Assembly: GCA_964016885.1 (NCBI GenBank)
Contig: OZ024743.1
Location: forward strand, 45,818,001 to 45,882,000
DNA length: 64,000 nt
Source of the DNA: Eledone cirrhosa
Lineage: Eukaryota
Reading direction: 5' to 3'
The translations under genes were made by a program, and so were the position numbers. The notes under the pieces were generated by a model, which ran no database searches, was not told the origin of the DNA, and saw only the letters and a list, made by a program, of their open reading frames with translations. Positions 23,133 through 36,997 of the stretch are shown here, in pieces (position 1 is the stretch's first letter; every line of letters begins with the position of its first letter).

Positions 23133-25157
23133 TACCCTCTTTCTCTTTCACACACACAGACACATACACTCCCTCACACACACACACACACTCCCTCTCA
23201 CACACACACACACTGTCTCTCTCTTTTTCTTTCTTTCTCTCTCCCTTTCTTTGGAAGAAGTCATCTGTGGTCGACCTGGAAAGGAATGGGCTTCACCAAT
23301 TTTGAAAGTCCCAAGACATATGTCACGACATCGTCCATCGATTTTCTCAGGAGTTTATGACCTATGAATGAATGGGTATAAAAACGAGGGTTTATTTTTT
23401 CCTTGAACGCGATAGTCTATATACTAGCCTGGGAAATATCGAGTTAAAATTTAGAGTTGTTTTACGTCCGTTTTCCTATGCTTGAATGGGTTGGACGAAG
23501 CTCGGAGCTTATCCTGGTATCATCAGCGTTAAGTGACTGAAAGTCGTCAAAGAATGAACCCCCGGTTGCTGCTGAAACTCATTTATAGTTGAGTGAAGAG
23601 GTTATATGGGAAATTACTCGAGGGTAACGCGTCACATGGTCTGAGAATCGAAACAACCTTATAGTCATGAACCAAATGCTCTAACAACTATATTATGCAC
23701 TTTCCATTAATATATTTATATGGGGGTTGATATGGAAGAATTGTTTGAGCGCTGAATATTCGTTTTTGTTTCGTATACTCTGAATTCAAATTCCGTCTAG
23801 ATCCATTTTGCTTTCTATCCTTTTTAGGTGGTTACAAAATGTACCAGCCCCCCAGCTAGTGCAGCCTCCCTCTTCATCCGGTCGTTACATCCTGGATGTT
23901 CCACTGTGACAACAGATAAATATTTGAGAGAGTCTTTGTTTGCTCACAACTGCATGAACACCTTAAACCCTTAGGAAAAGCATAGAAAATACTACCATGT
24001 CGTAGTTTAATGTGTGGCAGTCGTAGTTTTTTTGTTTCAATTAATGGAAATATAAAGATTTCAGCCGAATATTGAAACCGCTTCTTAGTCATGGATTCTG
24101 TATAATGTACCACTTGTTCTACGTTGCCCCAAATAGTGATCAATGCCTTGAAAAATATCAAAGTACAATGGATGTCGTTTGGAATTTGTTTTACATCACT
24201 TTTATTTTATCGCTGACCTTTCAAACTAAACTTGATATATAATAAGAAATCTGATGTGTGACACTATGGAAGAAATTGATTAAAGAGAACAAATGACATA
24301 TGACTTTAAAACAGCTTGTTTCATATTATTTTTGTCAGATGTGTAGCACCAGCTTGGAGAAGCTAGTGAAATAAAAGCAGCCGTATTACTTAATATTATC
24401 TCTCACTCACTCCCCCACATTTCCTTTCTATTTCTCACACACCCTCTCTCCCTCTATTTTCACCCACTCTTTCCATCGACATTTCTATCACTTTCCTCCA
24501 TCACTTTCTCTCACTCTAACATTTGGTAAAATATTTCCACCCACATTATTTGTTTTCTTGTGTGGATAAAAGAAAAATTGTTTCTGTGTAAATAAATTAA
24601 AATGTTGAGAATTAATAAAATACATTCGGAAGAAAGCAGCTGTAGATGTTTATTCACTCCTTTACAAAAACAAAACAAAAAGCTGTTTGATATATTTCAA
24701 TATAGATGACACTTCAACTTTCCCACACACAAATGTCACCGAAAGAAATATTCGGTTTAAACAATCTAACAATTAAGACTGATGAATAGATATTTAAATT
24801 CCAATGCCCTCTACCCGATGAAACCCCATTAACAAGATATTCTTGAAGATAACAAAACAACACAATGAAAGTGTTACAATAAAATGGAAGTCTTTACTCT
24901 AATATTACAATTTTTCACAAACGTCTTTCAATTGGTAGTTACTAAAAATATTTTTTACTAATAAGCCTGTTTCTAAATATTCTAGATATCTGTTAAATCA
25001 TTACACGGTGTTAAGAGTAAGGTGGTGAAATGTGACAGTCATAAGAACTTAGATAGAATCTATTACGATATTCAGTTCGGCGGCTTTCTACGCTTTGAGC
25101 TCAAATCCTACCGGGTCAACTTTCACTTTCATCCTTTCAAAGTCGATACCTCTTTTA

Positions 25158-25215
<58 letters not shown>

Positions 25216-25919
25216 TCTTTCTCTCTCACGCTCTCTCTCTCCCTATCTCTCTCGCTCTCTCTCACTCTCTATCTCCTATCTCTCTCGCTCTCTCTCCCTA
25301 TCTCTCTATATATATATCTCTATCTTTCTCTCTTCCTCTCTCTCTCCGAAATAAATCAGCTGTTTTCAAACCTGAAGGTTTCACCTCCACCAGGTTTTAA
25401 TGTCTAATATCACGCAAGCGACCCCACGACTCTATTAAGGATTAAGGATCCACGAACATCGACATAAGGGCCTATATGAACACATACAATATGTTTATAT
25501 ATAATAAACATGTATTCAATCTTGTGATTGGTTTATAACTGTGATCATTTCACAGCTACCTCAGTATTGGGGTAAGTGATATGGATACATGTATTCCACT
25601 GTCATTACCGTTTATCACCATTTACTCAATTACACCCAGAAGCCGAGGTATGAAAGACAATAGGGTCTTATAGATTTTGTAAAAAAAACTATTCTTTCTC
25701 GATGTTTTATTTACATATACCGCAAGCTTAACTAGCTAGTATTAATTAACGATAGTTAAGTACCAGTAATGCACTGGGTAATTGCTGGCCTTGTGTCTAA
25801 AGTAGAAACAATTAATTAACGATAGTAATTACACAGCGTGATTCAGATTCTATGTGTATATGATTATGTATAATAAACATATGTCTCGCTATGAGTATTT
25901 TATGCTGTGATTATGTCAC

Positions 25920-26058
25920 AGCTACCTCGTATCGGTAGAGGGTCGGATACCATGCATTGACGCATATAGTTACGCCCCTTTACAGTCTGAGTTCGAATCC
26001 CACCGAGGTTAACTTTGCCTTTCATCCTTACGGGGTCGATAAAATAAAGTACCAGTAG
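25920..26058 (+). mobile_element. Family-1 SINE fragment
   Basis: ctgagttcgaatcccaccgaggttaactttgcctttcatccttacggggtcgataaaataaagtaccagt. Confidence 0.75.
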
Positions 26059-26461
26059 AAACAATATTGGAGTTATATACATATGCAAATTTAAATGCGA
26101 GATATCCTATATCAGCTTTCAGCTGGACAACAACGATTTTGATGATACATTCTTACAGTATCACTTCCACCAGTAGTGCCGAACAGCATTGATGATATCA
26201 GGGAATGTTTGAATTCTTTGGGCCTACATTGAAGCACGCTTTGTCTTTCTATTATCCGTGCCACCACTACACCAGCCTGATTAAGCTGTAACAACTTCAG
26301 CCAAGCAACACTTATTTTGAATTACTACTTGGTCTCCACTTTTGGTGTTATTGTTTTACATATGTCTGCCATATCCATGATGGAACATGTCCTTCTTCCT
26401 TCAGACAAGCACACTCAGGCACATGCATATATATGTGAATGTTTGAGTATTTTCCTGTCAG

Positions 26462-27370
26462 TATCATCATCATCATCGTTTTGTGTTCGATTTTCCACAC
26501 GTTCATTGGTTGTACGGGTCCTGTGCAACACATATCTCCACTTGCCGCGTTCCTTTGTCATCTCGTCTGTGAATTTCAGCGATTTGAGATCAGATCTCAC
26601 CACCTCCGCAGAAGTCTTCTCTGGTCTACCTCTACTGCCGCTTCCCTCCACTGGGATTTCCTGGCATTTCTTCACCCAGCGATCATTATCCCTGCGCATT
26701 ACATGTTTGTACCAACGCAGTCTTCTCTATTACACACCACGTCTAAACCCAGTTTCTCCCTCAGTTCATCCAAGCTCTGCCTTTCTCTCACATTTACATT
26801 GGACATCCAATGAAGTATGGTTGCATCATTTCTCTCCAGTTTACACATGTGTTCTGCAGTCACTGCCCGTGTTTCACTACCAAGCAGCATCGCACTTCGC
26901 ACACATTCATCCTTTGGTACGTAGTCAACAGTAGGAGTAGCTCTCTAAACTTCTTCCACCCTATCCTTATTCTAGCTATTATGCTCTCAGAGCACGCTTC
27001 TCCGCTGCTAATTAAGTCACCTAGGTATCAGATGCTCTCAACCACTTCTATGGGTCCTTCTTGTGATTGAAAAAGGTTTATATCATTGACACTCATCCCC
27101 TCGGTTACCCCTATGCATCTTCTACATACAAAGTCTTCCCTTCCGGTTAGTCTACCTGTTATCTCACGACATTTCTTGTGTACCCAGGATTTACATTATG
27201 TACATCGTATAGAGTAGGGCCACTTCTCGGAGGGGATCAGGGTCCTATGTTCTTTCCTACTTACAAGCACTTTAGATTTGACTAAGTTTACTCTCAGACC
27301 TTTTGATTCCATAATCGGAACTTATTCTCTAATTCTTTTATGGATTCAACTATAAGGACCAGGTCTTAAA
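26462..27370 (-). mobile_element. RTE-clade LINE 3' fragment with a (GAT)n tail
   Basis: Fragments VRSAMLLGSET, WVKKC...GSRGRPEKT..EVVRSDL...KERGKWR. The tail reads gatgatgatgat on the minus strand. Confidence 0.75.
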
Positions 27371-27416
27371 CTCCTATGTGTCCATATATATATATATATA
27401 TGTACATGTATATATA

Positions 27417-27505
<89 letters not shown>

Positions 27506-27996
27506 CCACTCTGCCACCACTATTGAGCCACCAAATCGGTAAATGCCGTCATTTCACACATGATTCTTTTTCCAGCTATAAAAATCACTAATTAAAAAAC
27601 GGTAGCTTTTCTTTCTTAAGTTTACCTGTGTTCTAGCATAATTACTTAGTATATATTTAATTACATCACCAGATGTATGTGCACCATGCAACCTAGATTG
27701 AACACCTCAGGTTCATTCTATATTCTGTATGACATATATAACTTTGCTATAACCATACTTTTTCGTATCCAGAATCATAGGAGTAGTTATTCTCCAAGAG
27801 AAGCAATAATGTCTGAAATCCATCGAAATAATATCTTATGTTTTTTTGTGTACGAAGGAATTGTTGAAAGTATTTATACTTTGCTCTCTTTTTTTTCACA
27901 ACTCAGATTTTTAATTTTCAAATGGAAATCATATCTACCTTGAGTTTACCTTTAAATCTTCAAATGTACGCTGTATTGTAGCATAAATATTTAGGC

Positions 27997-28185
27997 ATGT
28001 TTGTCATAATCTTCAAGGACAGGGTTGACATGCGCAGCCGGGCTGGAAGTGGTATCAAGACTGGTGAATGTAAGATCAGTCGGCTCGAGTTTGCGGCTGA
28101 CATGGTATTACTTAACTCGTCACGTGGTCTCCGTCATGCACTTGATAGGTTTGATGCCGAGTGTTGCCCGGAAGGAATAAAATTT
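27997..28185 (+). mobile_element. LINE RT fragment (motif C region, LEFAADMVLL)
   Basis: ISRLEFAADMVLL...GLRHALDRFDAEC..GIKF resembles RTE RT (LFADD, decayed). Confidence 0.55.
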
Positions 28186-29563
28186 AGAAGAAGAAGAAGA
28201 AGAAGAAGAAGAAGAAGAAGATATTTGTATGTATATGTGTAGATATACCTACTATATGCAAAATGTCTAACCCATAAAATAACGTTAAATATTCTCAAAT
28301 TCTCTCTCCCTCACCATATTTCTTTCCCCCTCTTCAATATCCCTCACTTCCTTGTTTCTTTCCTTTTATTTCTTTAACTCCATCTTGCTTTCACTTTTCG
28401 ATAAATCATTTTCCACTGTTATACAAACTTCCATTTGTATTCTTGCATAAAACAGAAAAGACCGCAGCTGTTACTTTATTCACTAAATCTTCACAAAGTG
28501 TACTTGATATATTCCAGATGAAGTCCCGTTTGTATTTACACCTGTGCTGATAAACCTTCTTTTTGTATAATTGAATTTCAGGATATGTATATATATATAT
28601 TTTAATAAATATTTCCCAAACATTCTAATAAATCTAGAAGATTATGATCCTACTTGAAGTAATATATATTGTGCAGATGGTTAATTGTATCCTAATGTGT
28701 TGAATACATACTTCTAAATGGCTGGAGAATAAACTTTAACGTAACTGAAACGGAACTTTGTGTTTCTAGAATACAGCTTTATATCGAGATACAACGAATA
28801 TTAATTGTACTGTTAACATAAGTACTTTATCTTTCAAGTCTTAAACTTATTTCATCGATCTCTCTATCGAGAATTACTAGATATGTGTAAACAGAGAAAC
28901 ACACATACATACAACAATGTATCATACATATATACAATAGACTTCTGCACAGTTTCCATCTACTTCATTTCAATTACAAGGCTTGGATCGACCCAATTTA
29001 TGGTAAAGATACTTGTCCAATATCTCACGCGATCGGATCGAACTCAGTACCTATATGTATATGTGTGTATATTTGTGTGTAAGAGTGAATGAGTGTATAT
29101 TTGTGTGTAAGAGTGAATGTGTGTATCTGTGTGGGATTGATTTGCCTTTTTTTAATACCTCCACACATGAATGACATGCCATTATCTGAAAGCTTTCCTT
29201 TTCGCCTGTTCAGGAGTTCTCTATTTTTTTCCGGGGGGGGTGTTCACTTATAACGTTTCTAATTAAATTATGACAGAATTATTATTCGGAACATTATGTA
29301 GCACAATCATAATTTTGTTACCCATTCTGAAGCAATCCAATTAGTTGAGAAGTATCCAAGATTTGATGGTTGGTGACAACATGTCTTCGGTACAGATGAT
29401 TTATATATATAACTTGGAAACCATTTATTAAATCATTCATTATATCAGAATTCCAATCAGTGAATGCAGGAATATATATATATATATATATATATACAGA
29501 GAGGGAGATAGAGAGAGATGCATATATATAGATAAAGAATCTTGCTAAACAAATTCAGAAACG

Positions 29564-29630
<67 letters not shown>

Positions 29631-30059
29631 TACATACATATATACATTTTTTTTTCCTCTCCTTCGTTTCCCTGTATATATATATAGGTGCGTGTGTGTG
29701 TGTGTATGTATGCATATATATATATGGGGGTGGGGGGAGAAAAAACAAACAGATATGTTCTATAAGAATCACAATTTGTTTGCAGCAATAATATACTGCT
29801 ACCGTATATAAATAAGAAATGAAATAAATTTCTCTGAAAGATTATGAAAGCTGTTCATGTTGATAAAAAGAAAATAATACATTAATTTTCATAAACAATT
29901 AGTTGATATCAGAATATATGTTTTAATACAAAAACTGTTTCTGATTTCTTCGGGAACCAATATTTCGGTGAGGTTAGGCTGGGGTGGCGGGCTCTATGTG
30001 AGAAGTTCTCTTTGGGGAATCTAGATAATGTTTCATTTTATCAGTTAGTATATATATAT

Positions 30060-30128
<69 letters not shown>

Positions 30129-30251
30129 GGAGGTGAGTTTTATTGTAGTACAATAAAGCAATGCAGATATCGGATAAGAAGCACTCTACAGTTTGTATGA
30201 CTGGAGTATGCATAATATAAGATCAAAAGATGGTTAAAGGAGTTCCATGTA

Positions 30252-30318
30252 TTTTATTATGCGCATTTCAAAAACAAACATCATCATGCAATAATATTTG
30301 TGTTTTCATCAGATAAAA
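30252..30318 (-). ncRNA. Type I hammerhead ribozyme (left inverted arm)
   Basis: UUUUAU-CUGAUGA-[long A/U-rich helix II]-GAAA-UGCGCA-UA-AUAAAA. Confidence 0.85.
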
Positions 30319-32551
30319 CAGGAGAACATGATATGAAGGCTAAAAAACACTTGTGGATAGTGCAGTTTTAAATCAACATATGAAAAGTGGTTTTAGATTG
30401 ATGTGTGATATTGGGAAAAATATTTTATTTAGAGAGAGAGAGGGGGGGGATGAAAAGGGAAGGAGATGAGAGGGAGAGATGGGTGATAGAGAGAAAGAGA
30501 TAGTTTTTATAACTGAGAGGAGATATATTGTTTTACATAGAGAGGTTGAAAACCGTTGGAAGATAATGTATAAATTAAAAATTTTCCGACTCAAAGAGTT
30601 CAAAATGAAGATACCAATTAAATCAGTCAATTGGGATGAATCGGATGCTCCCATTGTGATGTCGAAGTTGTTAGAGGTATCGGCTCTGGTCCAATATTCG
30701 TTGTTGAACTCTAGGATGGTTTTACGTGCGGTGAGGATGATGTGAAGTTCATCTGTGGTGATGTCAGAATATTTAAGTGCGAAAGATAGAGCATTATTGA
30801 GAAGTGAAGGCGAAATGGAGGAATAGTAGCTGGCAATATCAAATTGAACAAATTTTAGTTTGTTTTTATTATCCAATTTGTTGAACCAGCCAATCACTTC
30901 AGAAGTACCAAACCATAAATTTAGGTTCAAACCCTAGGCTAACTTCTGTAAACCCAAATACAACGTCAAACACAACTTCGCTAAATGTTCATAATCCAAC
31001 TCTAAATCAAGAAACTATTATTCCTATTATTCCTATCGCAAACAACTTCTCCAATCCAATTCCTTCTATAGATAACACTAGATCACTCATTAATAATCTC
31101 TCTAATTGCAACTGCCGCATTAAAAATAAATGTCCTCTCAACAACCATTGTCTCGATAAAAACTTAATTTATGAATGTAAAATTATAACTAGCACCAATT
31201 CCTTCACCTATTTTGGCTCCACTTCCACCTCTTTTAAAGCTCGTCTCTATAATCATCATTCATCTTTCAAATACAAACTTAAAAGAACTAACACTGCTCT
31301 CTCGGAACTCATATGGTCCTTAAAAGACAAAAACATTAAATATACCATCTTTTGGAAGAAGATTTCTTCTGCATCCTCATACTTGAACAGCTCTCTATCT
31401 AAAATCTGTAATCTCTGCCTAAATGAAAAATTTACCATTATCTCTAACCTAGATTCTATAATAAATAGACGCACAGATTTGTTTTCTATCTGCCTGCATA
31501 AATTCCATAGAACTTTTCACAAAGTATACAGTTAATATTCAATTCTTTATCAATTTAGAATCTTTTCTCAAAGGCACATATACATACACCTCTTTAAAAT
31601 ATACCCATCTACCTTACTTTAAAGGGCATTATACACTCTATAATACTTGTTTACTCATTACCCTCATTCTATCTTCACCTTGTAAAATCATAACATATAC
31701 ATTTGTTGTTTTGACATTAAGAATATTCATCCGCAATCATTATTATTTTTTCTCTCTATCATAAATCTTTTTAATCTCTATTTCATCCTTAATTTATTAT
31801 TATTTTTTTCTCCCCATCAACGAACTCATTATTAATACATATCAACTCTTTATTCGCATATATTATCAATTCCTTAAATATACAAACTTTAACTTCACAT
31901 TATTTTTCTCAAATCCTTCTACACACAAACCTTAATAATTTTTCTCTTCGTTAATTTTGAAATTGCCACAATACATACATTTCTTTTTTTGACGTTAGAA
32001 TATTCATCCACAATTATTATTTTTTTCTCTCTATCTTCATACATAATTTCCCTTCGTTAATTTTCAAATTCCTTTAATTTATACATTATCTTCCAACGGT
32101 TCCCAACCTCTCTATGTTAAAACAATATATCTTTTTCTCAGTTATAAAAACTATCTCTTTCTCTCTATCACCTTCACTCTCATCTCCTCCCCCTTTTTTT
32201 CATCCTTTCCACCCCCCCCCCCCCCCTCCCTAAATAAAATATTTTTTCCTCGCACATATCCTCCCTTCGTTAATTTTCAAAATTTTTAATTTATACATTA
32301 TCTTCCAACGGTTTTCAACCTCTCTATGTAAAACAATATATCTCCTCTCAGTTATAAAAACTATCTCTTTCTCTCTATCACCCATCTCTCCCTCTCATCT
32401 CCTTCCCTTTTCATCCTCCCCCCCCCCCCCTCTCTCTCTAAATAAAATATTTTTCCCAATATCACACATCAATCTAAAACCACTTTTCATATGTTGATTT
32501 AAAACTGCACTATTCACAAGTGTTTTTTAGCCTTCATATCATGTTCTCCTG

Positions 32552-32618
32552 TTTTATCTGATGAAAACACAAATATTATTGCATGATGATGTTTGTTTTT
32601 GAAATGCGCATAATAAAA
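32552..32618 (+). ncRNA. Type I hammerhead ribozyme (PLE 3' pseudo-LTR)
   Basis: Same sequence as the 30252 copy. 6-bp helix I, intact core and palindromic UGCGCA helix III. Confidence 0.85.
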
Positions 32619-32650
32619 TACATGGAACTCCTTTAACCATCTTTTGATCT

Positions 32651-32709
<59 letters not shown>

Positions 32710-32734
32710 ATAATTACCTATATATACAATATAA

Positions 32735-33569
32735 TTCCCGAATAAGACGAATACAAAAAACGTCCTCATTCGTTCGTCAGACAAGGCAATTTAAAACATA
32801 GTGAAATATTTGAAAAATCTCCTCAAGAAAGGCAAAAGTTTAACGGGCAAAAAAATATATAAATAAAAGTAATGCAAGAGATATATAAAAATAAAATAAG
32901 GAAATATAGTAAGGGTATGTGTAAAAATGTGTGTATATGCACCTACAAATGTACATATGTGTGTATGTACAAATGCATGTGTATAGTGAAAAAATGTGTG
33001 CGTAAGTACATACATGAGGGCAAGCATATCAGTGTATGTGTGACCACAAATACGTATATAATATATGTTTAAAAAAGAAATTGTAAGATAAGTTAGCGTA
33101 CATACAGGCTCAGGGACTAAGAATTGAAATATATACACATACACGTATGAAAGCACGCGTATAAACACACACACGCGCAACCACATACATGCATGTGATA
33201 TATACAGGGAAGGGAGTGAATCAGTCAAAGCAGTGTCAGCCTGAAGGTCAATACATATATAAATATGAAATAAGAAAATGAAAAAATGGAAAAATATATG
33301 AGAATAAAAAAATTAAATCAAAGAGAAAGTAAGAGGGAGGGGTTATCAATTATAAAGTAACACTAGAAAAAATAGAAGACATATAGATGTTCGTACATAT
33401 ATATGTATAAATATATATATAAATACGTACAGACAAAAGCACATACATGCGTACATACATACAAAAGCGCGCATACATACACACGAAGCACATATATATA
33501 TATACATACATGTACATCTAATCACACGCACGTACGCGACCATATATATATATACATATATATATATAT

Positions 33570-33618
<49 letters not shown>

Positions 33619-34415
33619 CACACACACATATATATAAGTATGTAAAAAACATAGATATAAAAACACACATACACACACAGATATACACATACACGCGCAC
33701 ATACGAATATATCTGGAGTTGAAAACGCAAGTGACATGTCATATGGGGTAGTGAAAGAAAAGGGGGAAGTAAAATATGTAAAATTGTGAAGATATATGGT
33801 AAGTGAATCAAAAAGCAGGGCGGGGGGTCACTGGTGGATGTGAATTAAAAATAAAGTTAAAAATAAAAATAAAAGTAAATCAGAAAGAGAAGTCTGTATA
33901 GAAGGTAAGTTAAGGAAAGTGAAGAACAAGAGTTTATGGAGGGTACGTATCTGAAAGTGTGTTAAGTTTATATGAGTTGGAAAGCAAGTGTGATTTCATG
34001 TGTGGGCAACTGGTGAAAATTTCTGTTTTTGCATTTAGGCAAGTTTTTGGTGATTTAATGTTTTGTAAAATCCAATATTTTTCACTTATGCAGAGTGCGC
34101 ATCTTCTTGTTCCTCTTGCATATTCTTTAGATTGGTTCAAAATTGACCAATCTAATTTATATTGGATACCTTGGTCTTTCAAATCCCATATTCTGCTAGC
34201 CAGAGCTGTTGTAAATTTTTTTTAATGATGTCGGAAAGATGCGACATGTGAGTAATAACGCGTTTTGAATTTGTCTTGTGTCATACCCACATATCGTTCG
34301 CTGCTGGCTGGTAGGTTGTTGCTGGTGGTTGTCACTTTAGCCGCATATACAATGGCTTTGGTGTTGCATTTACCTTGTAATGGGCATTCACTTTTGACTC
34401 TACAGGAGCAATTTT
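32735..34415 (-). mobile_element. Penelope-like element 3' fragment (GIY-YIG plus microsatellite-rich 3' UTR)
   Basis: CSCRVKSECPLQGKC...IVY...RYVGMT...ALASRIW...YKLDWSIL...CALCISEK (ORF 33934..34182 and upstream). A partial HHR lies at ~32745-32785. Confidence 0.8.
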
Positions 34416-34546
34416 GATGTTCTCTGGGTATTTTCTTATTGAGGATATAATATTTAACTTATTTTATTACATGTTATCAATGTGCAACCAGCAGTATTCT
34501 TCTCCCCATTTGTTCACATATATTTACCTAAATTGCGATTCTGTTT

Positions 34547-34584
<38 letters not shown>

Positions 34585-35004
34585 TGCTCCCTCGCTCTCT
34601 CTGTTTCTCCTACTTTCTTTCGCCCCCTCTGTCATGTCAGTTAACTCTTCCTCACACTTCCACTCACTCACTCACTGTTTCTCCTCTTCTCACTTCACCC
34701 CGTTCGCGACGAAATCATTTTCTCTCTTTCTCACATTTGAATTCGCTCCTGAAAGGTCTTTTTTCTAAGCGCTCATATATTCACCTAGCTTATGCTAACA
34801 GAATAACTATGAAGCTTGTTCCCTTCATTCTACGGTTAGCTATCCTCTTTGTTGTTATCTTGTTTCACTCGCTTTACGCGTTTTAATTGTCCTAATAACT
34901 TAATTTAGTTATTATTGCACCGACGTGAGGTATATGATTTTCAATGCAATGAAATATCTATGATCGTCGGCAAATCACTGATGAGGGACTTATTTTATTA
35001 CATG

Positions 35005-35111
<107 letters not shown>

Positions 35112-35195
35112 GTAGAAAGGCTTCTTCAGGACTAGAACTGTTTCATTCCGGAGAAATCATCAGGATATATATATATATATATATTTATATACGAT

Positions 35196-35743
<548 letters not shown>

Positions 35744-36196
35744 AACATATACGACTAACGATTTCTTAGATTGCCGTGGGGTAATAGATATATATACACT
35801 GCTTTAGGGTAAGAGGATTGGAAATAAAATAATTATTTCAACTTTTGGTACAACTCATATTATAAAGGGCCGTAACTCTTTGCATGCCGTAACTCTTTGC
35901 ATGGCGTCCGACCCCTATTGTAATGTGACCACCAAGTTATTTGAAGTAGAAAGACGAAACTAAACTATTGCTGGGCATTCAGGTAATCGTTCAATCACTT
36001 CACTTTCCGACGTTTTCAACAATTATTAATAGCTGTTTGTGTTGGAACGTAGACATTTCAAATATCAAACTTTCCCCATGCTTTATACACTTCTAGCTAC
36101 AGGTTTTAAATCTTCTAAAAAGACGGAATTGGTGGCCAGATGATCTTTAGTGTAACGGTAGACATCTGGCATTGGGACGCACACATTTCAAATATA

Positions 36197-36288
36197 CAAG
36201 CGTGTTCCAAAACAATGTCAACCGCATTCTAATAAATATTGCCTGTGCAAGTAATCAAAGTGTGTATTCATTTTTGTGGGACACCTTG
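36197..36288. mobile_element. ~92-bp Tc1/mariner-type MITE
   Basis: TA-flanked imperfect TIRs (caag.gtgttccaaaac / ttttgtgggacaccttg). The core matches the reverse complement of 50798-50897. Confidence 0.6.
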
Positions 36289-36997
36289 TATATTTATATA
36301 TATATATGTGTGCGTGTATGTGTGTGTTTATGTGTATGTATGAATAGATATGTATACATTAATGCATAGCTTTCTTCTCCATTGTTCTCCTAGGATTCAT
36401 AGCAATATGATGAGTTAATATGATTACTAGATGTACCAAGTACTTTGGAACTAGTAGTCGTAATGTGATTAACGGCTGGTCTATTTCTTTTAACACACAC
36501 ACACACACGTATATATATATATATATATATATATATGAACAACATACAGGTAACCCATTTTTAAAACAAACTAAAACTCACACACCACATGCACAACAAA
36601 TAACAAAAAAAGGAATAAAACGTCCAACATACCCCCAGCAAAACTATAACGATAATCCCAGAAACCATAGACAAAACTATAACCCTACTAACAAAAACCA
36701 AAGATCCCCGAACAAAAGGCAGGACCTGATTCGCAGATCACAAACCACACAAAACCTATTCCAAAACCGTAGACCCCTGCCCACACAGAGCCTGTCCCAA
36801 AACCGTAGATCCCAACCCACACAAAGGAACAAAATCTAAAACCCGGACTATCAACAAACCGAACCTCAATACGTCCGAAACTTCTATACAAGACCACACA
36901 ACAACAGGGGAAATACCATTAGATATAATAATACCATTGAAAAAACATACCAGAAAAATCATTTTTTAGACCAAGGCAACAGGACTCACGACACCCG

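Larger units (their letters stand above)
30212..32659 (+). mobile_element. Penelope-like element remnant bounded by ~375-bp inverted pseudo-LTRs
   Basis: 30212-30585 is the reverse complement of 32279-32659. Inside, an inverted RT piece lies at 30586-30930 (-; FDIASYYSSI, TMGASDSSQLTDLIG) and a GIY-YIG domain at ~30950-31530 (+; CNC....CPL...C...LIY...YFGST...ALSELIW...CNLCLNEK). Confidence 0.85.

Noticed and set aside
24775-24835. CUGAUGA...GAAA hammerhead candidate
   Set aside because: Helices I, II and III do not pair.
29826-29876. Hammerhead-like tttct-ctgaaag-stem-gata-agaaa
   Set aside because: Both core segments deviate and there is no helix III or NUH triplet.
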